From: a virus
Lineage: Duplodnaviria; Caudoviricetes
Direction: 5' to 3' (one strand)
DNA: 64,000 nt
IMG/VR virus record: IMGVR_UViG_3300032138_000006
Span: 1 to 64,000 of that record
The notes under the pieces are model-generated. The model searched no databases. It was given only the letters and a program-made list of their open reading frames with translations, and was not told the origin of the DNA. A program made the position numbers and the translations under genes. Each line of letters starts with the position of its first letter. Position 1 is the stretch's first letter. Shown in pieces: positions 47,472-57,149 of the stretch.

Positions 47472-50400
47472 AAGAACCGTATCTAATATCCCTTTTGTAG
47501 GGCTTCATGCCCATAGTGGATTGTCGTTGTTTGATGGTCTGGGATACCCACAAGATCATATGGATTTTGCATATCAGAACGGCAGCGACGCGCTAGCCTT
47601 GACTGATCACGGGCATATGAATGGACTATCATACCAAGTTCTTCATGCAAAAAAAATGAAAGCCGCGGGAAAAGAATTTAAGCCAATCTTTGGAGTGGAA
47701 GCATACTTCCTTCCATCTGTGCCCAAGTGGAAAGCTGCATATGAAGAGTCTAAAGAAGCTAAAAAGAAGCAGAAGAAAAGCGGTCTTGTCATCGAGGATG
47801 AGAACGCGAGCAAGAGTGCCAAGAGCCTTTTGAATAAAAGGAACCATCTTATTTTGTTGGCAATGGACCAAACAGGTTTGAACAACATATTTAAGCTCAT
47901 ATCGGAGAGCTATGATGGTACAAACTTTTATCGGTATCCTCGCGTTGATTATGATATGCTCGCTGCTCACAGTGAGGGTGTTATTGCCACGTCTGCTTGC
48001 CTTGGCGGTGTGTATGCTGGGAATTATTGGGATAATAAAGATGATGGTCCTGATGCTATCATGGATGCAATGAGGCTGACCACTGAGAAGATGCAAAACA
48101 TCTTTGGAGATCGGTGGTATGGAGAGCTTCAATGGAATAACATCCCAGAACAACACGAGCTAAATAAATATATTATTCAGGTAGCCACAGAATCCGGCGT
48201 GGAATTGGTTTCCACAGCCGACAGTCATTATCCAACGCCGGAAGCTTGGCGAGATCGAGAACTATACAAGCGTTTAGGCTGGCTCGGTAAAGGGGGCATG
48301 CCCAGTTGGATGAGCACAGAGCTTCCAGATGGCGTTGAGGAAATTGGCTACGAACTGTATCCCAAAAATGGGGATGAGATGTGGGAGTCATATAAAAGTT
48401 ATTCTGCGATGGCGGGTCAGGAATATGATGATGATCTCGTGAGAGCGTCTATTACTCGCACCCATGACATTGCCCACAATCGTATTGAGTGCTTCATGCC
48501 AGACGACACAGTTCGTCTACCAGACTTTGTTGTACCAGAAGGGAAGACTGCGGAAAAGGCATTGAGGGAGTTTTGCGTCACCGGTCTCCGCGAGTATATG
48601 AAAGCGGATGACCCCAAACTACCGGAGTATATTGAACGACTCAAGTACGAGTTGGATGTCATTGAAGATCGTGGTTTCACAAAATACTTTTTGACAATGA
48701 AGACCATCGCAGACAAGGCTCTGGAGAGGCAGCTTGTAGGAGCCGGTCGCGGCTCCGCTGCTGGGTCGCTAGTGTCCTTCTTGATTGGTATCACGCAGGT
48801 CGATCCACTTAAATATAACCTACTCTTTGAGAGGTTTATGCGGAAGGACCAAACCGACTATCCTGATATCGATTATGATGTTTCGGATCCTATGGATCTT
48901 AAGGAGCAGCTTATCGGGGAGTGGGGCGACGGCACGGTTGTGCCAATCTCAAACTTCAATACCTTGAAGCTTCGCTCTCTGATCAAAGATATTGCAAAGC
49001 TATACGAGGTGCCGTTCACAGAGGTTAATCCAGTGACGGCGCGAATGATTAACGAAGCCACGCCAGAGGCGAAGAAGAAGCACGGTATTAAGGCTGGAGT
49101 TTATGTACCAACCTTTGATGAGGTGGTTGAGTTCTCGCCAACGCTTCAAGGGTTCTTTGATAAGTATCCAGACATCAAGACGCACATTGAAGCACTGCAC
49201 GGGCAGGTACGCAGTGTGAGCCGCCATGCTGGAGGCGTTGTGGTAGGAGAGAATCTTGACAAGTGGATGCCGCTGATTAATAGCGGAGGTATTCGTCAAA
49301 CCCCATGGTCAGAGGGTCAGAATGTCCGACACTTGGAGCCGCTAGGGTTTATTAAATTTGATATCCTTGGCTTGGCTTCTCTGCGAATGATGGAGGGAGC
49401 TATCAAACACATCCTCCGACGCCACAAAGGTATCGCAGATCCAACCTTCGCACAGGTTAAAGAATATTACGATGAGTATCTTCATCCAGATAAAATAAAT
49501 TTTGATGACCAAGCCATCTACGAGAAGATCTTTCACAAGGGCAAGTGGGCTGGCGTCTTTCAGTTTACAGAGAAAGGAGCCCAGACATTCTGTCAGAAAG
49601 CCAAGCCGACAAGCATCATTGATATCTCGGCTATCACTTCCATCTTCCGTCCCGGTCCCTTGAGTGCCAACGTCCACGAATTATATGTGGAAGCGAAGAG
49701 TAATCCAGACGAGATTGATTATGGGCACGAGATCATCAGGGAAGTGACAGAGGAAACATATGGGTTCCTCATCTTCCAAGAGCAGATTGCCTTGCTAGCA
49801 CATAGGCTAGGCAAGGACCTGACGCTGGACGAAGGAAACATGCTCCGCAAACTTCTAACCAAAAAAGGGACGGGCTCTACTGATGCCAAGAAAATTAAAA
49901 TCTACAACAAATTCATCGAAGGTTGTACTGATAAAGGACTTTCAAAAAGCTTCGCCGAGGGGCTCTGGGAGAAGTTCGAATACTTCTCGGGATACGGTTT
50001 TAATAAGTCCCACGCTGTTAGCTACAGCATTCTTAGTTATCAGTGCGCCCATCTTCTGTATCACTATCCTTCAGAGTGGATGGCAGCGTTTCTTGACAAG
50101 GAACCAGAAGCCAGAAAAGAAGCGGCAATCAATGTAGCCAAGTCACAGGGCTTTACAATTGCGCCGCTGAACGTTAACACATCTGGAACTGTGTGGGAAA
50201 TCTCAGATGATGGCAGCACTCTAATCCAGCCGCTAACTTCGGTCAAGGGCTTGGGCGACGCAGCCATTGAGCAGATCATTAGCCATCGCCCATTCAACAC
50301 TATTGAGGAACTGTTGTTTAGTGAGGAGATTGTATATTCCAAATTAAATAAAAAAGCACTGGACGTTCTTGTGCGAGCGCAGGCTCTGAATGCGTTGGTT

Positions 50401-50889
50401 GATGATCGCTTCTCTGGGCTTAAGCATTTCTGGTCAGCAGCGGTTGTGGATCGCCCGAAGACCAGAAAGAAGCTGAACGAGAACATTGAAGTATATCAGC
50501 CGGAAGGAGACTTCACTGACGAGGAGAAAATTGAATACCTCGTCAACCTCACGGGTGTCTTTCCGTTTGCATTGGTCATGGATGATTATATCCAAGAACA
50601 ACTGGCAGACCACTGTGTTCCACCACTGGGGGACTGGGACCATGACATCGGAGTGGCTTGGTTTATTCCCCGAGAGGTGGTAGAGAAGAAAACCCGCAAG
50701 GGTAGGACGTACTGGCTGGTAAAGGTTGTTGATTCGACCAGTAAAAATACCACTATCAAGTGCTGGGCAGTTGATCCGAAGAAAGATGTGGTCCACCTCA
50801 ATAGACCATATATGGCTCGGCTCGACCACAGCGATGACTGGGGGTTTAGTACACGATCAGTGAGATATAATTTTAAACTTCTAGGATGA
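47464..50889 (+). CDS. dnaE: DNA polymerase III alpha subunit (family C)
   Basis: PHP domain LHAHS, ALTDHG, GVEAY, ADSHY; GRGSAAGS; PDIDYD; HAGGVV; KFDILGL; FQEQ; YGFNKSHA. Confidence 0.95.
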   Translation: MSERTVSNIPFVGLHAHSGLSLFDGLGYPQDHMDFAYQNGSDALALTDHGHMNGLSYQVLHAKKMKAAGKEFKPIFGVEAYFLPSVPKWKAAYEESKEAKKKQKKSGLVIEDENASKSAKSLLNKRNHLILLAMDQTGLNNIFKLISESYDGTNFYRYPRVDYDMLAAHSEGVIATSACLGGVYAGNYWDNKDDGPDAIMDAMRLTTEKMQNIFGDRWYGELQWNNIPEQHELNKYIIQVATESGVELVSTADSHYPTPEAWRDRELYKRLGWLGKGGMPSWMSTELPDGVEEIGYELYPKNGDEMWESYKSYSAMAGQEYDDDLVRASITRTHDIAHNRIECFMPDDTVRLPDFVVPEGKTAEKALREFCVTGLREYMKADDPKLPEYIERLKYELDVIEDRGFTKYFLTMKTIADKALERQLVGAGRGSAAGSLVSFLIGITQVDPLKYNLLFERFMRKDQTDYPDIDYDVSDPMDLKEQLIGEWGDGTVVPISNFNTLKLRSLIKDIAKLYEVPFTEVNPVTARMINEATPEAKKKHGIKAGVYVPTFDEVVEFSPTLQGFFDKYPDIKTHIEALHGQVRSVSRHAGGVVVGENLDKWMPLINSGGIRQTPWSEGQNVRHLEPLGFIKFDILGLASLRMMEGAIKHILRRHKGIADPTFAQVKEYYDEYLHPDKINFDDQAIYEKIFHKGKWAGVFQFTEKGAQTFCQKAKPTSIIDISAITSIFRPGPLSANVHELYVEAKSNPDEIDYGHEIIREVTEETYGFLIFQEQIALLAHRLGKDLTLDEGNMLRKLLTKKGTGSTDAKKIKIYNKFIEGCTDKGLSKSFAEGLWEKFEYFSGYGFNKSHAVSYSILSYQCAHLLYHYPSEWMAAFLDKEPEARKEAAINVAKSQGFTIAPLNVNTSGTVWEISDDGSTLIQPLTSVKGLGDAAIEQIISHRPFNTIEELLFSEEIVYSKLNKKALDVLVRAQALNALVDDRFSGLKHFWSAAVVDRPKTRKKLNENIEVYQPEGDFTDEEKIEYLVNLTGVFPFALVMDDYIQEQLADHCVPPLGDWDHDIGVAWFIPREVVEKKTRKGRTYWLVKVVDSTSKNTTIKCWAVDPKKDVVHLNRPYMARLDHSDDWGFSTRSVRYNFKLLG

Positions 50890-50898
50890 TGTGGTAAG

Positions 50899-51198
50899 AT
50901 GAACAAAGAAAAAAAAGAAAAAGAGATGTATATGATTATAGAATCTTTATCTGATCGAATTGAAACTGTCACTGCGCGTGTCTGTAGTGATGATCGTAAA
51001 GAATATCACATTAGTATGATGAGGCTGGAAGCATCGCGCCTCTTGGAACTTCTTGGCGCCGAGGAGATTGAGGCTGATGGCGACGGTATCTTAGGCACTG
51101 CCCGTGAAAATTTCAAGAAAGTGGAACAACTGATTGCCAAACATGGTTTAATTAAAGCATTGCAACTTCTTCAACCCTCAAACAAAAGGAGAAAGTAG
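50899..51198 (+). CDS. Hypothetical protein
   Basis: 99-aa ORF in operon context. Confidence 0.5.
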   Translation: MNKEKKEKEMYMIIESLSDRIETVTARVCSDDRKEYHISMMRLEASRLLELLGAEEIEADGDGILGTARENFKKVEQLIAKHGLIKALQLLQPSNKRRK

Positions 51199-51672
51199 AT
51201 GAACCTTAAAGTTAATTTGTTACGAGAAGGCGCAAAGCCGCCACAACGAGCATACGCCACGGACGCCGGGGCTGATGTTTTCTTCTGTCCAGATTCAAAA
51301 AGCTTAAGTAATTGTCGCATGGGAGAGGGAGAGGACGTGTGGGTCTCCCCACGAACATCTTGTGTTATTCCAACCGGCATCAAGGTGGAAGTACCAGAGG
51401 GATATATGCTGGAGGTTAAAAACAAGTCAGGCATCGCCTCAAAGCGACAACTGGTTGTTGGCGCATGTGTGATTGATTCCGGCTATGACGGCGAGGTATT
51501 TATTAATTTGCACAATATTGGAAATTCAACGCAGGTTGTTAAACCGGGGGATAAACTAGCCCAAGTGGTTCTGGTACCAGTCAACACTTGTGGGTTTGAA
51601 GTTGTGGCTGGGGAAATCAATAACAACACAGAGCGTGGAACCGGCGGGTTTGGCTCAACGGGTGAGAGATGA
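51199..51672 (+). CDS. dut: Trimeric dUTPase
   Basis: AGADV, IPTGI, KSG, VIDSGYDGE, LAQ, RGTGGFGSTG. Confidence 0.93.
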   Translation: MNLKVNLLREGAKPPQRAYATDAGADVFFCPDSKSLSNCRMGEGEDVWVSPRTSCVIPTGIKVEVPEGYMLEVKNKSGIASKRQLVVGACVIDSGYDGEVFINLHNIGNSTQVVKPGDKLAQVVLVPVNTCGFEVVAGEINNNTERGTGGFGSTGER

Positions 51673-51953
51673 GCCAAAAAAGAAAAATAAACAGACGCCA
51701 ACAACAGCGCGACAAGAAGAGAGTGCAAAAAGAAATGACCCAGAAGATGGGAATGTTTGAACGCATGCCTGACGAGTGTAGCGCCTGTGAAGAGTCTTTT
51801 GATAAGCAAAATCGTGAACAGGTTATGAGTTGGAATGTGGTTGTAAGAGAAGAAGAGAAAATCGTACGCCTATATTGTCCTGCCTGCTGGGGCAAGGCTA
51901 AAGAACTAATAAAGGAGATGAAGGATGCTATACCAAGAAACACTGACGTATGA
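51669..51953 (+). CDS. Hypothetical zinc-finger protein
   Basis: CSAC...CPAC with a basic N-terminus. Confidence 0.65.
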   Translation: MSQKRKINRRQQQRDKKRVQKEMTQKMGMFERMPDECSACEESFDKQNREQVMSWNVVVREEEKIVRLYCPACWGKAKELIKEMKDAIPRNTDV

Positions 51954-52956
51954 CGACGTGCTGCTAGTGCCGCAGTACTCGGATATTGAGAGCAGAACGG
52001 AAATTAACATATCCAATCATTTGGATAAAAATATAAAGCTGGAAGTGCCAATTATATCCAGTCCAATGGATACGGTTACCGAAAGCTCCATGGCAATTGC
52101 CATATCAGAACTGGGTGGTCTTGGAATTATCCACCGCTATAACTCTATCGAAGAGCAGGTCGCTATGGTAGACGCCGCCTTGCGCGACCCCGGTTGCCGC
52201 ATCGTAGGCGCCGCAATCGGCGTCACCGGAGATTATGAAGAACGTGCCGCAGCATTGTTTGAGGCTGGGGCAGATGTTATTTGTCTAGACGTTGCCCACG
52301 GACATCACTTGTTGATGAAGAATGCCTTGCGACGACTGACGTCCACACTCCCCTCTGCTGCCCACATTATGGCGGGAAATGTAGCCACCAAGACGGGCTA
52401 TGAAGCCCTTGTTGACTGGGGCGCTCGTTCTGTTCGGTGCAATATTGGCGGTGGGTCTATTTGTTCTACTCGCATTCAGACCGGTCATGGGATCCCCGGA
52501 CTGCAAACTATTTTTGAATGCGCGTCTGCCGGATTGGACATTCCGATTATTGCCGACGGTGGAATTAAAAATTCTGGTGACATTGCGAAAGCACTTGGAG
52601 CAGGCGCCGATTTTGTAATGCTTGGTTCACTCTTGGCGGGAACAGATGAAGCCCCCGGCATAACTTATATTAACGCATCTGGTAGAGAATCTAAGATGTA
52701 CCGAGGCATGGCTAGCCATGGTGCACAAAAGGACTGGCGCGGCAGGTTGACCTCTGCGCCAGAAGGTGTCACTTCACAGATCCCATACAAGGGCGACGTG
52801 GCTACTGTTTTGCGTAATCTGACCATGGGTGTGCGTAGTGGGTTTTCGTATACTGGCGCCCGCACCCTGCCAGAATTTCAAGCAAGGGCAAAGTTTGTCA
52901 AGCAAACTGGCGCCAGCCAGACTGAAAGCACGGCGCATATTTTGAGAGGTGAATAG
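51925..52956 (+). CDS. guaB: IMP dehydrogenase/GMP reductase family protein lacking CBS domains
   Basis: [57 protein letters not shown]. Confidence 0.85.
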   Translation: MLYQETLTYDDVLLVPQYSDIESRTEINISNHLDKNIKLEVPIISSPMDTVTESSMAIAISELGGLGIIHRYNSIEEQVAMVDAALRDPGCRIVGAAIGVTGDYEERAAALFEAGADVICLDVAHGHHLLMKNALRRLTSTLPSAAHIMAGNVATKTGYEALVDWGARSVRCNIGGGSICSTRIQTGHGIPGLQTIFECASAGLDIPIIADGGIKNSGDIAKALGAGADFVMLGSLLAGTDEAPGITYINASGRESKMYRGMASHGAQKDWRGRLTSAPEGVTSQIPYKGDVATVLRNLTMGVRSGFSYTGARTLPEFQARAKFVKQTGASQTESTAHILRGE

Positions 52957-53286
52957 GTGGCAGAATATGGACATAATAAAAAAAAGGTTGTCTTCTACTC
53001 GACAGACAAAGCGCATGCAGACATGAAGGTACGCCTGAAGTATGATGGCTTGACGCAGAGCAGCTTTTTTCGAGGAATTGTGAATGGATATATTAATAAA
53101 GATCCAGCTATCAGCGACTTCATCGATAGACTTAAAGAAAACCTGTCGACACAGGGCGCGTCAAAGCGCCAACAGTCTAATCGGTTGATACAGGAAGGAG
53201 AAGAAGTGTCATCTAAATTTGGCTTGGGAGATACTGAGGTAGAGGATATATTTGACATTATACAAAAGGAGCACCCAGAACTATGA
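52957..53286 (+). CDS. Possible ribbon-helix-helix DNA-binding protein
   Basis: KKVVFY strand followed by helix-G-helix (LKYDGLTQSSFFR). Confidence 0.45.
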   Translation: MAEYGHNKKKVVFYSTDKAHADMKVRLKYDGLTQSSFFRGIVNGYINKDPAISDFIDRLKENLSTQGASKRQQSNRLIQEGEEVSSKFGLGDTEVEDIFDIIQKEHPEL

Positions 53287-53600
53287 GCGAGAAAGCGTTG
53301 TCAAAGAAGAGCATACCCGAGTGTTCAAAAAAATGTGCAGAGTTGGGGGTCTCTTGTCCGGTCAAAGATTGCCGGGAATGGATTGATTTCGAGGAAGATT
53401 ATAATTGTACATCCATAGCTATAGCCAAACACAGCAATATGACGCTACGAGAAGTAGCTGATCGGCTGCATGTAAGTTTCGTACGAATAAAACAAATAGA
53501 GGACAAAACACTTGAAAAAATCCATAGATCTCTCGCAAGAGAACTAGGGGTTAGAAAAGATGATCTACCCCAGTTTATTTTAGATTGCTATAAGGATTAA
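53283..53600 (+). CDS. Stand-alone sigma70 region-4 HTH protein with Cys-rich N-terminus
   Basis: MTLREVADRLHVSFVRIKQIE...LEKI; CxxxC-x5-CxxxxC..C. Confidence 0.75.
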   Translation: MSEKALSKKSIPECSKKCAELGVSCPVKDCREWIDFEEDYNCTSIAIAKHSNMTLREVADRLHVSFVRIKQIEDKTLEKIHRSLARELGVRKDDLPQFILDCYKD

Positions 53601-53690
53601 GCAATGGCAAAAACTTTGTTATAGATTGGCATTTATCTATTACAACGAACTATTTATTTGAGAAACACTATTGTCTAAGGAGATAATGTA

Positions 53691-54263
53691 ATGAGCAATA
53701 ACAGACTTGATGAAGGCACAATTCGCCGCTTTATGGGGCTCGCTGGGCTCCAGCCCTTGGGCGAAGGCTTTCTTGATCGCATCGATCCACTTGAGGAGAT
53801 GCCAGAGGAAGAAGATACCATGGCACCAGAAGCCGATCCTGCCGCCGAAGAAGCACCTCCCGCAGAGGATATGGGCATCGATGATGCTGAGGCTCCAGCC
53901 GATCCTGCTGCTGCTGATGCGGCTGCTGAGATTGCACAGGACGTCGCCAATGCGGTTGCTGATGCAATGACTGACGCGCTGGGCAAGCACGGCGTGACTG
54001 TTGATGCTGGCGCTGGCGAAGGCGCCGCGCTGGGCGCTGAAGAGGATCCTATGGCTGACATGGGAGAGCCCGAGGCAGAGGCTGCACCTGAAGAGATGCC
54101 CCCCGTCGATGACGAGGCACCGCTTGAGGAGACAGCCGCCGATGACGACACCTTAACGAAGCTTGAATCTTCCGACGTAGAGTTGGTTGATGATGAGAAG
54201 GTCGTACAAGAGGTCGCCCGTCGTGTTGCCGCACGTCTTCTTCGCACTGCCAATAAGCAGTAA
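53691..54263 (+). CDS. Highly acidic scaffold-like late protein
   Basis: Late motif at 53649; AAGGAG SD; RRFMGLAGL N-terminus; D/E/A/P-rich. Confidence 0.7.
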   Translation: MSNNRLDEGTIRRFMGLAGLQPLGEGFLDRIDPLEEMPEEEDTMAPEADPAAEEAPPAEDMGIDDAEAPADPAAADAAAEIAQDVANAVADAMTDALGKHGVTVDAGAGEGAALGAEEDPMADMGEPEAEAAPEEMPPVDDEAPLEETAADDDTLTKLESSDVELVDDEKVVQEVARRVAARLLRTANKQ

Positions 54264-54301
54264 GGACACTCTCTTTAGGTGCTTAGCCGCAGAGGGTAAT
54301 T

Positions 54302-54946
54302 GTGAGTAAGGTACAATATAGCGAAGCGGATCTTGAATTTAGGTTTCACAAACTTGTTTTTTATATAAAAAAACAAATACCTAAGTTTCGATTGCGCAGC
54401 AAGAAAGATAGTACCCTCATGCAATTACTGGCTGTGGCTTTGTTTTTTAATAAAGACTTTTTAGATAAGTACGTCACTACTTTATATCCCGAAGTTTATG
54501 TGCCCAATTTACCATGGGAACGTGCTGCCGCCTCGCGCATATCCATCTTGGCGCACGAGTATGTTCACCTAAAAGATCGCAAGCGCATGGGTTGGCTGTT
54601 TAATATTTTATATCTTTCGCCGCAAATATTCTCCTTGCTTGCCCTCGGGGCAGTTTGGAATGTTTGGTGGCTGCTGGCTCTCTTGTTCTTGTTGCCCCTG
54701 CCCAGTCCGGGTCGAGCGTGGTTAGAGTTCCGTGCATACAAGGTGTCTATAGCGCTGCACTGGCAGTTGACTGGTCACCGAATAAATCTTTTTTGGCTTC
54801 AAGCTCAATTCACCAAGTCCAATTATTATTGGATGTGGCCATTTAAAAAAATGATAGAAAAGCATATGCTAAAGGCGGCGGAAAATGTGGAATCTGGCAA
54901 TTTTTTGTCGCCTGAAATTTCAGAGATTTTAGAAGTAATAAAATAG
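54302..54946 (+). CDS. Membrane-associated zincin metallopeptidase-like protein
   Basis: LAHEYVH motif, hydrophobic segment, then E.RAY. Confidence 0.65.
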   Translation: MSKVQYSEADLEFRFHKLVFYIKKQIPKFRLRSKKDSTLMQLLAVALFFNKDFLDKYVTTLYPEVYVPNLPWERAAASRISILAHEYVHLKDRKRMGWLFNILYLSPQIFSLLALGAVWNVWWLLALLFLLPLPSPGRAWLEFRAYKVSIALHWQLTGHRINLFWLQAQFTKSNYYWMWPFKKMIEKHMLKAAENVESGNFLSPEISEILEVIK

Positions 54947-54955
54947 GAGTAAGTT

Positions 54956-55324
54956 ATGGGTTCAGAAGCATTGTGGTTTTTTGGAGGCGCGTTAACGTTT
55001 CAAATTCTATCTCGGCTATTTCGAGCTAGCCAGCTTGTAAAAATGTCGATAGAGGTGGGGGCATCTTTGATGGTCTTGGTGTCTAGCGTACATGATGATG
55101 TAGAGAATGCGGTCAATTTAAAGCATAAAAATATGGAAAACAGCGTAAAAGACGAAGATTTAAAACTACTTAAAGAGGTAGACAGCGCTGCTTTACAAGT
55201 TTGGCGAGAGTCAATAATTTATAAATTTAAGAGCGCCTTGCCTAAACCGGTTAGCGACATATTTGCCTTTCAAGACTGGAATGGTGCCATGAGGTTTATG
55301 AGGAAATACACACGAAAGGGGTAA
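54956..55324 (+). CDS. Hypothetical protein
   Basis: AGGAG SD; hydrophobic N-terminus. Confidence 0.6.
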   Translation: MGSEALWFFGGALTFQILSRLFRASQLVKMSIEVGASLMVLVSSVHDDVENAVNLKHKNMENSVKDEDLKLLKEVDSAALQVWRESIIYKFKSALPKPVSDIFAFQDWNGAMRFMRKYTRKG

Positions 55325-55330
55325 GCAACG

Positions 55331-56551
55331 ATGGGAAAAACTAGTTTAAAAGAAATAAAAGAACTCATTAAAGAAGAAGTTCAGAAATCACGACACAGTA
55401 TACTACTGGAATCTCCAGAGATGCTCGATGAAAAGAGCATTTTAAAGAACAAATACCCGTTCAAGGCAATTTATATCTTTGGACCGGCAGGGTCGGGAAA
55501 ATCATATATTGCTGGAAACTTGCTAGGAATTCCGACAGACTTTGTTGTCTCTAACCCCGATGAGCGGATTGAAGCGGTGTTCCCCGCTTTCGGTGTCAGT
55601 ATGAAGTTCGTTAACTCTAATGACGGCGACGATGCCGATTTGGAAAAGATCCAGCAGACATCGCGTAAAATTTTACAGAGAGCCACAAAAGCCCATACAG
55701 CAAATTTGGTTGGCATCGCAAATCCCATTCTGTTTGACACCACTGGAGAGAAGGTGCCTAAGATGGTTAATCGTATTAAGAATTTGACCAAATTGGGATA
55801 TGACGTCGCAGTCTTTATGATAAATGTCCCAACACAAGCCTCTGTTGAGCGTGACGCTCGCAGAAAACGAGTTGTTGGAGCAGAAAGAACAGCGGGTATC
55901 TCACAAGCCTATCAAAAGGACGTCGTACAGTCTCAGGGATATCTTAAGGCTCTTGCTGACAATGAACATGTGACCATTTTATCTGATGTCTACAATAATA
56001 TTTTTGATCTGAATACCGGAGATCTCTTGACAAAACCAACGGTTATCACACCAGATATGCTTCCGGATGATCTAAACCCCGAGAAAAACCCCGAAGCGTT
56101 TGCCAACGAGAAAGCCAAGATAGAGCAAGCCGTCAGCAGTCTTCAACAGTGGGTCAACACTCCGGTGGAAAATCCGGGCGGTCAAACAGTGCTCAAAGGT
56201 ATGCGGACTCTGGTTAAAAAATCTGGGGGCAAATTGGGTCAAAATTTAAATGACATTGTTGTGGCAACACGAAACGAAGAATTTCAAGATCCAGACATCC
56301 TCGCTGCGGCTGAACACCTTGGATCACTCGGAGGTGTTAAGAGAACAATCAGGCGTTCTCAAGCAGCCGCCCCGCTGGTCAAGACCCGGCATCAGCGGGT
56401 CGACCCGGAGACAGGGGAAACCTATACGGCACATAAGTCTCGCCAACATGGGGAAATTGACACTATTCGCGGAATGACACAAAAAGAAGCATTAAATTAC
56501 GATAATTTGGTCGATTTAGTTCGCGACGTCTTAATTAAAGGTGATGGATGA
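55331..56551 (+). CDS. Zeta-toxin/AAA_33-like P-loop kinase with LKEIKELIKEE leader
   Basis: GPAGSGKS, NPD, FDTTG, GYDV...........S.ER...R.R.V. Confidence 0.7.
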   Translation: MGKTSLKEIKELIKEEVQKSRHSILLESPEMLDEKSILKNKYPFKAIYIFGPAGSGKSYIAGNLLGIPTDFVVSNPDERIEAVFPAFGVSMKFVNSNDGDDADLEKIQQTSRKILQRATKAHTANLVGIANPILFDTTGEKVPKMVNRIKNLTKLGYDVAVFMINVPTQASVERDARRKRVVGAERTAGISQAYQKDVVQSQGYLKALADNEHVTILSDVYNNIFDLNTGDLLTKPTVITPDMLPDDLNPEKNPEAFANEKAKIEQAVSSLQQWVNTPVENPGGQTVLKGMRTLVKKSGGKLGQNLNDIVVATRNEEFQDPDILAAAEHLGSLGGVKRTIRRSQAAAPLVKTRHQRVDPETGETYTAHKSRQHGEIDTIRGMTQKEALNYDNLVDLVRDVLIKGDG

Positions 56552-56825
56552 TTATAGAGGATATACGGTCAGGACAGCGCGAAGGGAACTTATAAGAGCC
56601 TTCGTGCGCACAGATGACATTATTTTTAAGAAAGGCAACGTCTACTATGGCGGCAAAACCTTTGTCATCAACTCTATTATCAATTGGTGCTTAAATCAAC
56701 GTGCAAAAAAGTTTTTTTCCTTGACAGAGATGCGCTACTATGTTACATTGATACAAAGATATATTGATGATGAAATCGATTTGTGGTGGGATGGAAGATC
56801 CCTTAACATTCGAACGAAGAAATAA
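56541..56825 (+). CDS. Hypothetical protein
   Basis: 94-aa ORF overlapping the upstream stop. Confidence 0.5.
   Translation: MMDDYRGYTVRTARRELIRAFVRTDDIIFKKGNVYYGGKTFVINSIINWCLNQRAKKFFSLTEMRYYVTLIQRYIDDEIDLWWDGRSLNIRTKK
56721..56749 (+). promoter_or_regulatory. Intragenic sigma70 promoter
   Basis: TTGACA-17 nt-TACATT with extended TG and A/T tracts upstream. Confidence 0.6.
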
Positions 56826-56835
56826 AGGAGACAGC

Positions 56836-57147
56836 ATGGAAGCGACAGCATGGAAAGAAGATTACTACGCAGACGGGCATCGTTATCGCCTGCAAGTTAA
56901 TAATGTATCAGACGGCAGGTCGGTTCGGAAATTGCGCAGCGCCGTGAGCGACTGGCAAGAGTCTGGTTCAGGCTGGAACCCGGCTAGTAAATCTGAAGTG
57001 CTTATATTTTCAAAAGAATTTGACACCGAGCAAGAATGGTTGAAATGGGCTAAACATTTTCCATATAAACTGGTAGAATTGAATCGAAAAGGAAATCCTA
57101 AGCGAACAAAGCTTGGGCTTGATGCTCAAAAGAGAAAGGGGCAATAG
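56836..57147 (+). CDS. Hypothetical protein
   Basis: AAGGAG SD before ATG 56836 (MEATAWKE...). Confidence 0.6.
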   Translation: MEATAWKEDYYADGHRYRLQVNNVSDGRSVRKLRSAVSDWQESGSGWNPASKSEVLIFSKEFDTEQEWLKWAKHFPYKLVELNRKGNPKRTKLGLDAQKRKGQ

Positions 57148-57149
57148 TT

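Noticed and set aside
652-50889. Inteins or introns in terminase, helicase, RNR, RecA or DnaE
   Set aside because: Lengths are ordinary, motifs are contiguous, and no intein-like or homing-endonuclease insert was recognised.
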